From Lama glama (taxonomy: Eukaryota), in assembly GCA_028534125.1 (NCBI GenBank), contig CM052816.1, positions 15,440,001-15,500,000 of the forward strand: a stretch of DNA of 60,000 bases. Reading direction: 5' to 3'. Under the pieces are notes generated by a model. That model saw nothing but the letters and a program-made list of their open reading frames with translations, did no database searches and had not been told where the DNA came from. Shown here in pieces: positions 1 to 11,825 of the stretch. The translations under genes were made by a program, and so were the position numbers. The first letter of the stretch is position 1. The number at the start of each line of letters is the position of its first letter.

Positions 1-232
1 TTCCCATAGCAGCTTTGGTGTTCCTCTCCCGTGGCTTCTGTCACACTGTACTGTCATTGTTTGCTCATCTGTTTCTCTGTGAGTTCATAGAGGTCGTGGA
101 GTGTGCCCTTTCGCAGCTCTCTGTACCCGTACCCAGTACAGTTCCTAGCACATCAGAGACTCTCTCTAAATGTTTGCTGCATACATGAATGAATGGACAA
201 TTGAATAAATGAATGAAAGCATGAATAAATGC
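1..232 (+). mobile_element. LINE L2 3' end
   Basis: Typical L2 terminus: gttcctagcaca...taaatgtttgctg...atgaatgaatg tail. Confidence 0.65.
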
Positions 233-249
233 AGTTCATTCATTAAAAG

Positions 250-446
250 TTCAGGCTCTGTAGCCAACAAAACTGGGTTCAAATCCTGACCAGGCCATTT
301 TCTGGTTGTATATCATCTTAGACAAGTTATTGAACCTCTCAAAGCTTCAGTTTTTTCATTAGGGTTTTCATGAGGATTATGGTGCGTGGAAAGCATTTAT
401 CATAACGTCTGGCATGAAGTAAGTACTCGATACGTGATAACTATTA
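250..446 (+). mobile_element. MIR SINE
   Basis: ctgggttcaaatcctg...caagttattgaacctctc...cttcagttttt...gaggatta MIR core. Confidence 0.75.
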
Positions 447-934
447 ATGAGCTCTGACTTCAAGCCCCCTGGTAGTTTTACCCTAGTGGGTTTTGTTGCA
501 ATTCCTTTTCCAGATTCTTGGAACAACCAGTCTCCTTGCCAGATTCACGGCTGTGCCAGCAGGGCTGACCCAGTGGGTACAAGTTGGAGTCAGGCTCTGC
601 AAGTGTGTACAGCACTGGACTTTGCTGTGACAGGGGTCTGCGTGGAGTCGGGCAAACAGGTCAAACTGTCACCCCATTGTCCCAGGCCTTCTTTACCGGT
701 GGGTGTCCTCAGGAAAACAAGAACAGTGCTTCATTTAAGGTGCCCAGATGACAGCCACATCAAATATGTGACCTTTTCCTAGGAAGCCTGGTTTCCATGG
801 TGAGCGAGGCCTCTAGCTCTTTCTCAAGCCTCACTCTGTGGCTTGAGGCTCTCTCTGGAATGTGACTGGCAGCTGGGTGAAGACATCTGCCCAGGGGCTG
901 CCCCTCCAATATTTCCAGGGTGGACAAGGGCCAT

Positions 935-990
935 GATAGCCCCCAGGCTCTCCAATGCCCAAGATAGCACCCAGGCTCTCCAATGCCCAC
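935..990. repeat. 28-bp tandem duplication
   Basis: gatagcccccaggctctccaatgcccaa / gatagcacccaggctctccaatgcccac. Confidence 0.9.
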
Positions 991-1779
991 ACCAGTCCTC
1001 CAACCTGGAAGGATTTGCACTGAGGCCCTGACATTATTCCGCCACCCCCATCCTATACACACACACTTACTGACTCATGGCCAACTGGCTGCCAGGCTGG
1101 ACAGAAAGAAGGGGACTCTTTCTGTGATCCCCCATCTTAGGCAGAGGCTCTGACCTCCTCCACCTCATCTTGGCAGCCTGGGCTGGGAGAGGGCCTGCCT
1201 CCCTGGCCTTGGCAGAGCCTGCGTTTGGGCCCAGCCTCTGCAGCTGCCAGAACAGGATCTGAATGCCCAGTGCGTCTGCCAAAGCTCTTGAACTTCTTTC
1301 TTCTCTCTCTCGGAGCTATGCAAATGGAGGCCGCTGTGGAATGTGGCAGCTAACCTCCCCACCACCCGCCTCCTTCCCCATGTGGCCTGTGCTCCCCCAA
1401 CCCCCCCAGGCTGGAGTCACATCAGAAAAATGCAGTGGAAGAAAGAAATCCCCCAATGTGTCATGACATTACATTTCCGCCTGGTGCTCAGAAACAAGAA
1501 AAGTAGGAGGGGGAGGTGGAGGCAGTGTGGTCATAGCTGGAGCCCTGGGACTGCCTCACCTCCCTACTTCCCTGGGGCAGATCACCTGCTCCCCTGTGGC
1601 TCTGTTTCCTCATTAAGAAGTCAGGGCGAATCACCCTGACTCAGATCACACAGAAACTCTGAGAATTAACTGTTTGCTGTCATGAAAGAACGATCAGTTA
1701 ATTCTGATATTCCTAAGAGGCTGCAGAGAGATGCCACATTGCGACTTTAAATTGGCAATTACTGAGCTAGTTCGCTGCT

Positions 1780-2770
1780 TACCTGTATTCACTGAACATT
1801 CATACAGTGATTTCTACTTTGTTCTAGAAGCTAAGAACACAAAGGTGAATGGGATCCAGGCCCTGCTCTCTAGGAACTTGCATTCTAATGGGAAAGACAA
1901 TTAAACAAGTCACAACAATCAAATGTCAAGAGAGTTATGATGGACAGTAGGAGGTGCCAGGTGGCCGAGCCTGCTCCAGTGGTCAGGGAGGCCACTTCCT
2001 TGAGGAAGTGAAAGTCAAGCTGAGGCCTAAAGGATGAGCTGATGTGGTCCAAGGGAAGAGAGGGGTTGAGAGTATTCAAGGCAGAGAGAACAATAAGTGC
2101 AGGGAGGGAGGATGATGTGAATGAGGAACTGTGATGAGTTTGGAGTGGGGACAGCTGGTCTGGGGTCAGCAGAAGAGGCGAAGAGGCTGCAAATCATGTG
2201 GGGCCTTCAAGTCTGTGCCAAGGAGTCTGGACTGGATCCTCAGGCAATGGGGAGCCAGCCTAGGGTTTTAAAGTAAGTGTAGGTAGTGGGTGGTACGGTC
2301 AGATCTATTTGGGGTAGATGACTGAGGCTGCAGTGGGAAGAGTGGATGAGAAGGGTAGCTAAAGTAGAGTAGGGAAGAGTAGGGAGCCCAGTTGGTTGGT
2401 GGCCATTACAGTCTCCAGGTCGCAGAATCTGACGGTGGTAGCAGCACTGGGGAAGAAGAGAAGTATATCACTTCAAGAGATATTTAGGAGTATGTGGAGG
2501 ATGAGGGAGAGGGGAAAGGAGTCAAGGATGAATCTGTGTTTGAGGCTTGTGTGCCTGGATGGACGGTGGTGCCATCCATTGAGATTGGCCCCGGTGGAAA
2601 AGGAGAAGTTGGTTGGAGGTGAAGATAGCAAGCCCAGTTTTTATCACGTTTTGTCTGAAGTGGTGACCACCACGTCAGGAGAGATGTCTGGGACATAGTT
2701 GTACAGCTGAGTTTGGCGCTCAGGGGAGGCTTTGGGCTGGAGAATTGTCACTGGCCTGGAGAGACTAGGA
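1780..2770 (-). mobile_element. LINE L2 fragment
   Basis: Purine-rich L2 antisense signature (caggcaatggggagcca, ggagtcaaggatga, ggtggtgccatccattgagat). Confidence 0.7.
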
Positions 2771-2771
2771 A

Positions 2772-3162
2772 TTACATGGTTAAGACAATGCTAGCTGCTT
2801 TAACAAGTCAATGCCCAGTCTCTGTGGCCTGTCACAGTAGCTTATTTCTTACTCAGATCAAATCTAAAATGGGTGCTTCTAATAAATTGGAGGCTCTTCT
2901 CCAAATAGTAGTTTAGGGACCTAAGTCCTTCCATCTTGGGTCTCTGCCATCTTTCATATGCAGCTTCCAGGATCACTGTGATGTGGAAAGAGCATAAAGG
3001 ATTGTGCATGGGAAATTGTATCGCTTCTATCTACATTCCATTGATAAAAGCTCATCATGTGGTCACATTTAACTACATAAGAAGTGGGAAGAGGTAGTCT
3101 AGGTAGGTGTCCATGAGAAAGAGGAAATGGGTTTGGCAACTAGCTAACCAGTCTCTGGCGCA
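2772..3162 (-). mobile_element. ERVL-MaLR solo LTR (MLT1K-like) inserted in L2
   Basis: atgctagctgctttaacaa...ttatttcttactca and terminal ggaaatgggtttgg...ccagtctctggcgca resemble MLT1 LTR ends. Confidence 0.6.
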
Positions 3163-3273
3163 GGAAGGCACAGGAGTGGATAAGATCGTTTGGCAAGTCT
3201 GAGGCTTCCACCCATTCATTTATCCCCATTTTTACATGCCTTCATAGGCACAGGACAGGCGGAAGTGAACATA

Positions 3274-3818
3274 TGTCGACTGAAATAAAATGCAGTACCT
3301 AAAAGTTGAGAGTTATGTTTTATTTGGTGGACTTCCTGAAGACTCAAGCCTGGGACACAGCCTCTCAGATTGGTCTAAGAGACTGTTCCAAAGTGGAAAG
3401 TTAAAAGCCAGGATGTTCAGGAGTTTTTGCAACAAAGACCAGGTAGCAGGAACATCAAAATGTTGCTGTTGATTAAAGCAAACCAGGTATCTCAAGTTAA
3501 GGAATTTAGTGCTTTTCTCTGTATGGGAAGGTGCAAAGGTCTAGTCTCATTGAAATCATTCCTTTGATATGCACCTAGTTATTTAGGGCCAGTATCCTGT
3601 TCTTCCACATTGAGTTCCCTCAGGGTGCACGGTTAAGGGTGGCTGCAGAGGCTGGGCTGCCTATTTATCTGCATCCTGAGTTCCTGACACTCACTGGCGG
3701 GGGTGGGGTGGGGGTGGGGGTGGGGGTGGGGGGGTGGGAGGGTGGCAGTAGTGGCTGATGACTTGATGGCCAGAGCCTTCTTTATTTACTGAAATGGTGG
3801 CAATATTTTTCATTCATA
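3274..3818 (-). mobile_element. ERV1 solo LTR, MER41-like (cetartiodactyl)
   Basis: Starts tgtcgactgaaataaaatgc...aaagttgagagttatgttttatttgg; internal tatctcaagttaaggaatttagtgcttttct and tgaaatcattcctttgatatgcacct match my recall of the ruminant/camelid MER41-type LTR; AATAAA on - strand. Confidence 0.7.
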
Positions 3819-4019
3819 GCCATGTTTTCCCACAAGGCTCATGTTCTTGGAGACCAACAGGAGAGGGAAGGCTCCCACCCATTTTGGCCCCTCCTGTAAG
3901 ATGGACAGATCTTCAGGGTGAAATGATCCTGCAGTAGTTAGTTGTGTTGGCTCTGACACTGGCCACCTTTGCCTCTTTGCTGAATCTGCCTGCCATTCAC
4001 CCTCCCTTTGTGTTCCTTC

Positions 4020-4620
4020 ACCTCAACAAGCATTTATTGAGCATCTGCTATGTGTTGGGTATACAATGTCCAGTTCTGGAAATGCAGCAATGAATATAGG
4101 GCAGTGGTCCCTATATTAATTTGTTTGTTTACTGTCTGTATCTCTCACTAGAATGTAAGTGTCATTAGTAGGGTCTGTGGCTGATCTTGCCTACCACTTT
4201 ATCTCCAGCCTTAAGAACAACCACTAGCACGTAGTAGGAATTCTTGAAAGAATTGTTGAATAAATAGATGGTTGAATGAAGGCCCTTTGGGAATACACAT
4301 CTGTAATGAGTGCTATGAAAGAAGAAGAACAGGGTTTTACAAGGTGGCCTACAACACAGTGACCTGTCTGGTTCAGGAGGTCGAGAGAGGTCTTCCTGGG
4401 GGAGAAAGTTTTAAGCTTAGAGTTATAGGATAAGTGATTGACAGGGAGATGGAAGAGCATATGCAAAGGCCTGGCATCAAAAGGATGCAGGAGGAACAAA
4501 GGAAGTTCAGCGTGACTGGAGCCTGGAGGGGAGGGAGGGAGAGATTGCTGCAAGATGAGACAGAAGGGGCAGGCAGGGACCAGACTGCATATGGCCTTAG
4601 GAACTTCCTAAGTCTCTGTA
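4020..4620. mobile_element. L2 fragments in both orientations
   Basis: caacaagcatttattgagcatctgctatgtg (antisense 3' end) interrupted by a sense L2 end (ctagaatgtaag...ttgttgaataaat). Confidence 0.6.
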
Positions 4621-4879
4621 TTCTGTCCTCAGGAGGCATCACTCAGCATCTGCTTTGATATGCAACCATTACATTTTAAATCATTGTCCAGAGAGGGCCA
4701 TTTTTCCCTTTTATTAATGATTCTCACCTCACTGTCTCAATTATGTTTGAACTGGGGTCAGAATTAAAGTTCCTGTCTGCCCGACCCTACTTCCCATGCA
4801 GAGAGACCCTTCCTCCTTTTCAGAGAAACAGACTACTAGACCCTTCTTCTTGCTGAAAAGGGATGGGGAGTTGAACAAC

Positions 4880-5000
4880 TGCCTTGATGTGCTTGGAGCT
4901 TTTACATAAGACTTCATTTAATTACCACAACAATCCTGGAAGGTTGGCATGATTATCTCCATTTGACAGATGAGGAAACTAAGTCCTAAAAGAAATAAGA
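4880..5000 (-). mobile_element. MIR fragment
   Basis: cacaacaatcctg...attatctccatttgacagatgaggaaact. Confidence 0.65.
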
Positions 5001-5761
5001 ATCTGCAGGAAGATTCAAGTGAAGTGCATCTCTCTAAACTAGAGACGTTGAAGAAAGCGCTAACCTGAACTGCTCTGACAGGCTGGGAACAGAATTGCCA
5101 AGAAGTGAATAGTCTGATGAGTCAGGTTAGACTTGCAGCCAGTCAGAAAGTGTTCATTAATTTCTGGGATGCTTAGCACAGCGTTCCAGAAGAGTTAAAC
5201 ATGGTCCCAGCCCTCAAGGAGCTCACTGACTACTGGGAGAGACAGACAGACAGATGAGGGAACTATAGTTTCAGCACCATGTGAGAAGTTGCTCTCTAGG
5301 AGGTATAAATGAGTTAGGGGAGCATAGAAGCATCAATAAAGTTTACTGTGTGCTCACAGCTGAGCTGGGGCCTGGAAGATGCACAAGAGCTGGCAGCTTA
5401 GTTATTGACTCAATCTCTCTGTTCTTTTAACATCTTTTCATTTACCCCACGGACACCAATGAAGTGCTGATTATGTGCCAAATACTAAGGGTAAAGCAAT
5501 GAACACACAGACACAGCACCTAGCCTCAGTTTAGTAGAGGAGACAGCCACTTGGTAAATAATTACACGGGCCCTTCCAACTGTGTAAATTATCTATAGAA
5601 TGTAATAGCATTTGCCTGTGGAAAGAACTGAAAATCAGGGGGTCGGGAGCAGGAAGCTAATTTTCCTTTACTGGTGTATGATTCATACAGTTTTCATTTA
5701 ATATGTGGTTATTGCATGAATTTCTTTTTTTTTTATAGTAGAGTTTAAAAAGAATCATACA

Positions 5762-5953
5762 GGAGGGAAGGTATAGCTCAAATGGTTGAGCCCATGCTTA
5801 GCATGCATGAGGTCCTGGGTTCTATCCCCTGTACCTCCTCTAAAAATAAATAAACCTAATTACCTCCCCATCACCACCAAAATAGAGTAATTAAATAATA
5901 CAATAATAAATAAATAAAATACTTTTAAAATGTTAGAAAAAAGATTTCTTTAA
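5762..5953 (+). mobile_element. Vic-1-type tRNA-Ala-derived camelid SINE
   Basis: Head ggtatagctcaaatggttgagcccatgcttagcatgcatgaggtcctgggttctatcccc with A/B boxes; A-rich tail; 15-bp TSD aaaaagaatcataca at 5747-5761 and 5954-5968 at a TT/AAAA site. Confidence 0.88.
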
Positions 5954-6781
5954 AAAAAGAATCATACAAATAAATATATTATTAAAAACTGTGATAAATG
6001 CTTTGTAAAAAAGCATAAGGTGCTCCAAGAGAGGATAACAGGGGAGCTACTTGAAATTGTGCAGTCAGTGAGAGGTCTCGTCATGAAAAGGCCATTGGAG
6101 CTGACACCTGCAGGATTGGTCATAGGTGATCAACAGAGTGCAGGGAAGAATGTTCTAGAGGAGATATAGAAAGCCTGGAGGAAAGAAAAAGTTTGATGTG
6201 TTCTCGGAATAGAAGAGAAACCAGTGTGACGGAGCCACTAAAACAAAGGGAAAGACCTCTTTCTCACCTCAATTCTCAGTTCCACGGAATGCACCCAGTA
6301 CCTATGCCAGACTGGAAGGCTCATGAGGACTGGCAAGGTGTCTATTCTGTTCAGTGCTAGCACAGTACCTAGCATCGGGTAGGCACAGAAATATTTGTTT
6401 CACGCATAAATGGGCAAAGCCAATGTGTGATTAGTTTTCTGTTTAGAAACAACAGAAACCCAAGAAGTGGTTGATTTGCACTAATGCTCTACTGCCCTGA
6501 CAATCACAGGAGGGTAGTGTCAGGGAGGCAAAGCTGATCTGCCTGGTGTAAGCTGTGGTCACAGTGCAGTATAACAGAAAGTTGGCCGCCTTCTTAATTC
6601 CACTGTTGCCTCTATGGCTTCTTGGGTTTCAACTTCCTCCCCTTTCCAGGAATTCTAGTTTTCTCTTTGTCATAAACACCTGAAGCACTTATATCAGGAT
6701 GGCTTTCAAGTGCTAAGCCCTGAGGTAATTTTTCCTTCTCCCTTCTAGAAAAGCATTTCTATTAATATTTTTTTCTAAAGC

Positions 6782-6942
6782 TGCAGTTTCTAAGCCTGGA
6801 GAGCTTCTAAAAGATGCAGATTCTCTGGGTTCCAGCACAAATCCACTGAATCCACCTCTCTAGGAGGAGGGGCCCAGGTATCAGTGCTTTCAAAGCTTCC
6901 CTGGTAATTCTGATGACAAGCCACTTTTGGAAGATCACTTTG
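6782..6942. mobile_element. hAT-Charlie MER5-like DNA transposon
   Basis: aaagatgcagattctctggg...ctgaatc...gggcccagg...ccctggtaattctgatg...gatcact. Confidence 0.6.
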
Positions 6943-7369
6943 GAGTGGTCGTTCTTAACCTTTTGAGGGTTATCAGCTCCTCTGAGATACTGAGGAAATT
7001 GTGCTTTTCCCGATCCAGAAAAAAATGCCTTGCAGGCACAACACTTAGTGTACATTGCCAAGGATACCTTAGACATCCCAGTGCATTTAGGGAGTAGCCA
7101 GAATCCCCAATGCATAGTCCAAATCTGAAACTACGTTCATCTTGCTTCTAGGAAGCAGAACCGTGGAGCTTTTTCTATCTCAACTTCTCTTTGTGCCCTG
7201 GGATTGAGGCCCTTTTCAAGATCTGCACATTCAAGTGCAACGAGGGTAAGTAACTACAAAACGGAGTCCCATATTCCCAAAACAAATGGAGCGTTCTGAC
7301 TCTAAATTCTTCTGTTTCAAACTCAGTATAGTCTTGTCAGAATCCACCCAAAAGAGGCCACAGGGTGGA

Positions 7370-7590
7370 ATGGAAGGAACTGTAGAAGGGAATCCCAGAC
7401 TTCTGGGCTCTAGCCTTAGCTTGATACCAATTTGCTACGTCCTTGGTAAGCCACTTCTGCTTTGTGAGCCTCATTTTCTGTATTTCTATATTATATTTTC
7501 CCACATTTCGGTCTGTTTTCTATATTTTCAACTAAAAAGCGAGGACTTAGAAGAACTCAAAGTTCCCTTCTAGCTCTTTGAGTCTAGGAT
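7370..7590 (+). mobile_element. MIR/MIR3 fragment
   Basis: ctgggctctagcc...ccttggtaagccactt...gagcctcattttc...aagttcccttctagctct. Confidence 0.55.
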
Positions 7591-8225
7591 TCTTTTCTGG
7601 AAATTTTATACTAAACTTCAGATGGCAGAACACATTGGAAATACAGATGTGACAAATGAATGGACTAATTAGGGTCCCTTGTAGAGTCTGCCCCCTGATT
7701 CTATATGGCTTTCTGCCCTCAGAGGCTGATGTTTCAGAATAAGGATTCCTGCTAGTGACTTCTTATGTATTCTACCCATCACTGTGATTAAAAAGGCAAA
7801 GACCTGTGAGGTCACAGAAGCTACTCATCCAGAGCCAGATACCCTTTGCCATCTTCCCAAACCCAAGCTAACCTTTGCCTTTGACCTTAACTGAAGGGAT
7901 AAAAGGAAGTGGTAACTTCCACATCCCTGCCAAAAGTGCTTGCTACAATTTGTCTTTAATGAAGTAGAGAGACAGTGCTTAGGGTCTTTGAGCTGGAAAT
8001 GCCAAACAACATTAAGTCTTAGATTCAGTCCCCTTAGATGGGACCTTCCACATCCAGTAATCCAAGGACTCTATTGCAAAACACAAGTGTTTCCTTGGAG
8101 TCCCTGATCTCTGCTATCTGGGGAAGAACAGAGGTTTGCTATCATGAAGTTCATGTCCCTACTGAAATGGAATTGACCTATTCATTAGGAGAGAGGATTA
8201 AAAAGTTGAAATTTGGTGACTAAGG

Positions 8226-8585
8226 TGTAGTGGACACTGTTTGTTTGTTTGTTCTGTTTGTGATAGCCATTACCTCTACCTCATAGTTCACTCTTCTGTA
8301 AAGAAGACACTTCTCCCTCACTCTCAGTCCATGTGCTTTTCGGGTGGGACTGATACCCCTAACCTTCCAGGAAGGGCTGGATGACCTGCACCTGCCCAAT
8401 CAGAGCATTCCATGCCTCTGGTTATCGTGACTGTTTCAAGGATGGACATATGATCCTACTTAGCCCTGGGAAATCCAATTCTGGGGCCCTTTCTGGACCC
8501 ATAATGGAAAGAGGCGTTGTCTCTTTCCTCTTCGAGGCTAAACTGTCCAAATGTAAGCCTGGAGTTGCTTGTGGCTACATATGAG
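8226..8585. mobile_element. ERVL LTR16-like LTR
   Basis: tgtagtggacactgt...cactctcagtccatgtg...ccaatcagagcattccat...ttcaaggatggacatatgatcc. Confidence 0.6.
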
Positions 8586-9860
8586 AGTTAGTAATGAGAT
8601 GGACAATGTGTGGCTTCCTGTTTTGACTATGTTTTTTGCTTATTAGGGGCTACTCTCACTCATGTTCTTCTAATTTATAAAGGAAAAATATTAAATATTT
8701 AAGCTTCTTACAATGGAAAAATATTTGAAAATGTTTGGAGCTGCTAAATGTGGGTGCTCTAGGGGAAAGCTTTAGTCACCTTGTCCTAGGTACAGCTGTG
8801 AGGGTGGAAAAACATTCCTCTGTGCTGGTACTTTTTGGTGCCTGTTTTAAAAAATGCATGTCCAGATCTCAACCCAACTCCATTGTATTCCTCTTCCTGT
8901 TTTAAAGGACCATGAACTTTTTCCATTTGGGGTGAGCTGGGGCGATAGAGACATGGATTCTCCACCAGGCTTTTGATTTCCCTGATTTTATTGCTTTCCT
9001 ATTCTTGAGTCTCCTATTCTCATCTCTCAGCTCTGGCACGCCCCCCCACCCTAACTTTCCCTGGTGAGCAACGGGATAAATATCCCAGTCTTTGTTATGC
9101 CCTGTTACCCAGCTTCATGTCTTATGCAAGTTTAAATCATCAGATTGATTGCAAATATTCACTTTCTTTGGATTTTTCAAAGACAGATTGAGTCAAATAT
9201 GGCAACGTGCCTGGGAAAAACCACCAACAGTTCCTACTTAGAACAACTCACTTCCTCACTATGCAGTTTCCAATGACTATTTTGTCTGGTAGGAACTGCT
9301 AAGGCTCCCTGTTCCCTCCTAGGAATGTCCTACCCCCAAACCTTGCTTTGTCAGCTAGAAGAGCTACCTCAGAATTTCTTGGCAAATATGTCACTTGGGA
9401 AAGATCACTCCCTACCCCTGTCCTTAAAGCCCTCGTGGAACTACCATACAAGCCTTACCAATGCCCCACCCCATTCCATCCCACTCCTAGGCAGACCAGT
9501 GTGCATAATTCGTTTTCAAAGGAAACAGGTGCAAAATTCCCATTCTTGAGGCTATAAGGAAGTAGCCCACTTGGGAGAGAGTCTTAAAAGACTTCAAATC
9601 TATTTAATTCAATTTAATACTTTCAGAGGCTACCCACAGACAAGGGAGTCTCCAGAGTCACAGAACTACTTTTTCTGCTCACCTTTGGGTGGGTGGCTGA
9701 GAACTTGAAATGAAGGGTCTGGAGACATCCATGAAAGGATGACAGAGCAAGGGGATGTGTGGGGACAGAAGTGAAATAAACCAGAAGGCAGCAGGTTTGT
9801 AATAACTGTTATTTCAAAATGCTCATGGCAAACACAAGGTTCCATGTTAAATACTCAGTA

Positions 9861-10006
9861 TTGTTGTCCCTCGGTATCCACCAAGGATTGGTTCCAAGAC
9901 CTGCCCTCCCCTCCCACAGATATCAAAATCTCAGGATGCTTAAGTCCTTTATAGTCAGCCCTCCATATCCACGAGTTTTGCATCCACAGATACGGAGGGC
10001 CAGCTC
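9861..10006. mobile_element. TcMar-Tigger MER2-like MITE inserted into a MIR
   Basis: TIR-like ends gtccctcggtatcc / gatacggagggcc; internal ggattggttccaagacc; TA at left junction. Confidence 0.7.
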
Positions 10007-10009
10007 TCT

Positions 10010-10215
10010 ATAGTAATTCATTTAGTCCTCACAACAATCTTGTGAGGTAGTTACTAGATTACATCATCCACATTTTTCATGTGGGGAAATTGAGCTACAG
10101 AGAGGTAAAGTAACTTGCTCAAGGTCCTATACCTGGTATATGATGGGGCTAGGATTTGATCAGGCAATCTGGTTCCAGAATTTTTCTTTTAACCATTATG
10201 GCTCACTGCCTCTCC
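10010..10215 (-). mobile_element. MIR SINE
   Basis: ttcatttagtcctcacaacaa...gaggtaaagtaacttgctcaaggtc...ggatttga. Confidence 0.75.
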
Positions 10216-10231
10216 ATAAGGCTCTCTAGGT

Positions 10232-10340
10232 TGAGTGACTAGCTATCCCAGCCTACCCAGGACTGAAGAATTTCCCAGATCACAGGACTATCAGTACAAA
10301 AATTGGTAGTCTTGGGCGAACCGTGATGGTTGGTCACTTG
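10232..10340. mobile_element. hAT-Blackjack MER94-like element
   Basis: gagtgact...tcccagcctacccaggactga...gggcgaaccgtgatggttggtcact. Confidence 0.6.
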
Positions 10341-11034
10341 TATATATAGAAATGTTATCAAAGAATATGTTTCTCTAGTAATTTAAGTGATGCAAAAGCT
10401 GTAAGGTAAGGTTGAGAAATTGCAAGAGACAAAACACGAATTCTGAAAAGCAGGTAAACTCTGGGGCTCTCCTCTCTTCCACTGCTTTAGTTCTGGCCCC
10501 TTGGTGTCTGGATGGCTGCTCCAGTTCTGATCTGGTTTCTCATCTTCTGCCTTTTGGGAATCACTCCACATAAAGCAGCCATGGCAATTTTCTGGAATGT
10601 AAATGTGCCAGTCACTCCCCTGCTAACAACACTCCATTGCACTCAGTGACCACAGAACCCAATCTCTTGAACTTGACTCGGAAGTCCCTCCACCGTTGGC
10701 CTTCATCTCTCTCTGTTTCTTTCTTTTAGTGGTTAATGTGCTTCCATGCTTCAGCCATACCAAACAATTTGTATTTTCCTGAAGACACTAGGCTCTTGTC
10801 TTGGTATCTTAGTCTCTTCTAGGAATGTCCTTTCTCCTTTCTTTGCCACTAACTTTTATTTTTCCTACAATCCTCCTTGGTTAGGACCCCCTTCTCTGTA
10901 TTCTTCTAGCTCCTGGGGTCACTTCCTCTACAGCAGAATTTTCATATTCTTTTATAACTCTCTGTTTATCTGTGACCCCCACTGTAAACTGTTCCTTTAT
11001 TTATCTGTAGGTTCACAACATTTGATACACAATA

Positions 11035-11270
11035 ATAGCTAATGTTGATTAGGTGTAACTATATACCAGGAAATTTGCATGCATTATCTCATTTAAGATA
11101 AGAATCTACAAGATGGGTACTATTAGTATCTCTGTTTTAAGTTGAAGAGGCAGGAGCTCTGAGAGGTTAAGTAATTTTCCTTGGATCTCACAGCTAGTAA
11201 ATGGTGGAAACAGGATTTGAAAACTTGGAGGTCAGACTCCCAAAGCCTATACTCTTAACCACTCTGCTAA
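11035..11270 (-). mobile_element. MIR SINE
   Basis: aataatagctaa...gcattatctcattt...gagaggttaagtaa...cacagctagtaaatggtgga...cttaaccact. Confidence 0.78.
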
Positions 11271-11379
11271 ACTTTCTGTCAAATAGAATGAACCCTTCAG
11301 AGTGATCCATCTCACAAAGATGTGATGTTCAAATCACTTGATGAATGAGAAGTGACTTTGTAAGCTGAAAAGCTCTGAT

Positions 11380-11825
11380 ATCAGAAACTGCTAAATTTCC
11401 TCCAGTATCTGTCTTCTATTTCCCTTTCATAATAGAATTCCTGGTGTTTAGCTAGACACTTAGTCATCCATAATAATTACTACATTTCTCAGTCTTCTCA
11501 TAGACCATGTGATTCTTTCTGGACCAATGTGTTATGAACAGAGCCACATGTACAACTTCTGGGACATGCCTTTAAAGGGAAGGAGTGAGCCTCCCTCTTC
11601 CTTTTTCCCTTCCTTCTAGCTAGGCTATGGACATGGGAGTGATGAGTCATTTTGGATCACATGGAGAAGATAGGAGCCTGGGAACTCTGGCATGGTGGAG
11701 CTCATACATTTACTCTACGTTGCTTATGCCCGGATATTTGTGACAGAAACAAGCTTCTATCTTGTTTCAGTCATGGCTATTTTAGATCCCTGTTATAGCA
11801 GCTGAAACTATACTCTAACTACTGT
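11380..11825 (+). mobile_element. MLT1J-like MaLR LTR
   Basis: actacatttctcagtcttctc...ccatgtga...ttctggaccaatg...aagcttctatcttgtttcagtca...ctgttatagcagctgaa...ctaact. Confidence 0.6.

Noticed and set aside
447..1639. Cluster of 60-110 aa ORFs as exons of an upstream gene such as HBEGF
   Set aside because: Overlapping on both strands with no EGF-like or other recognisable peptide.
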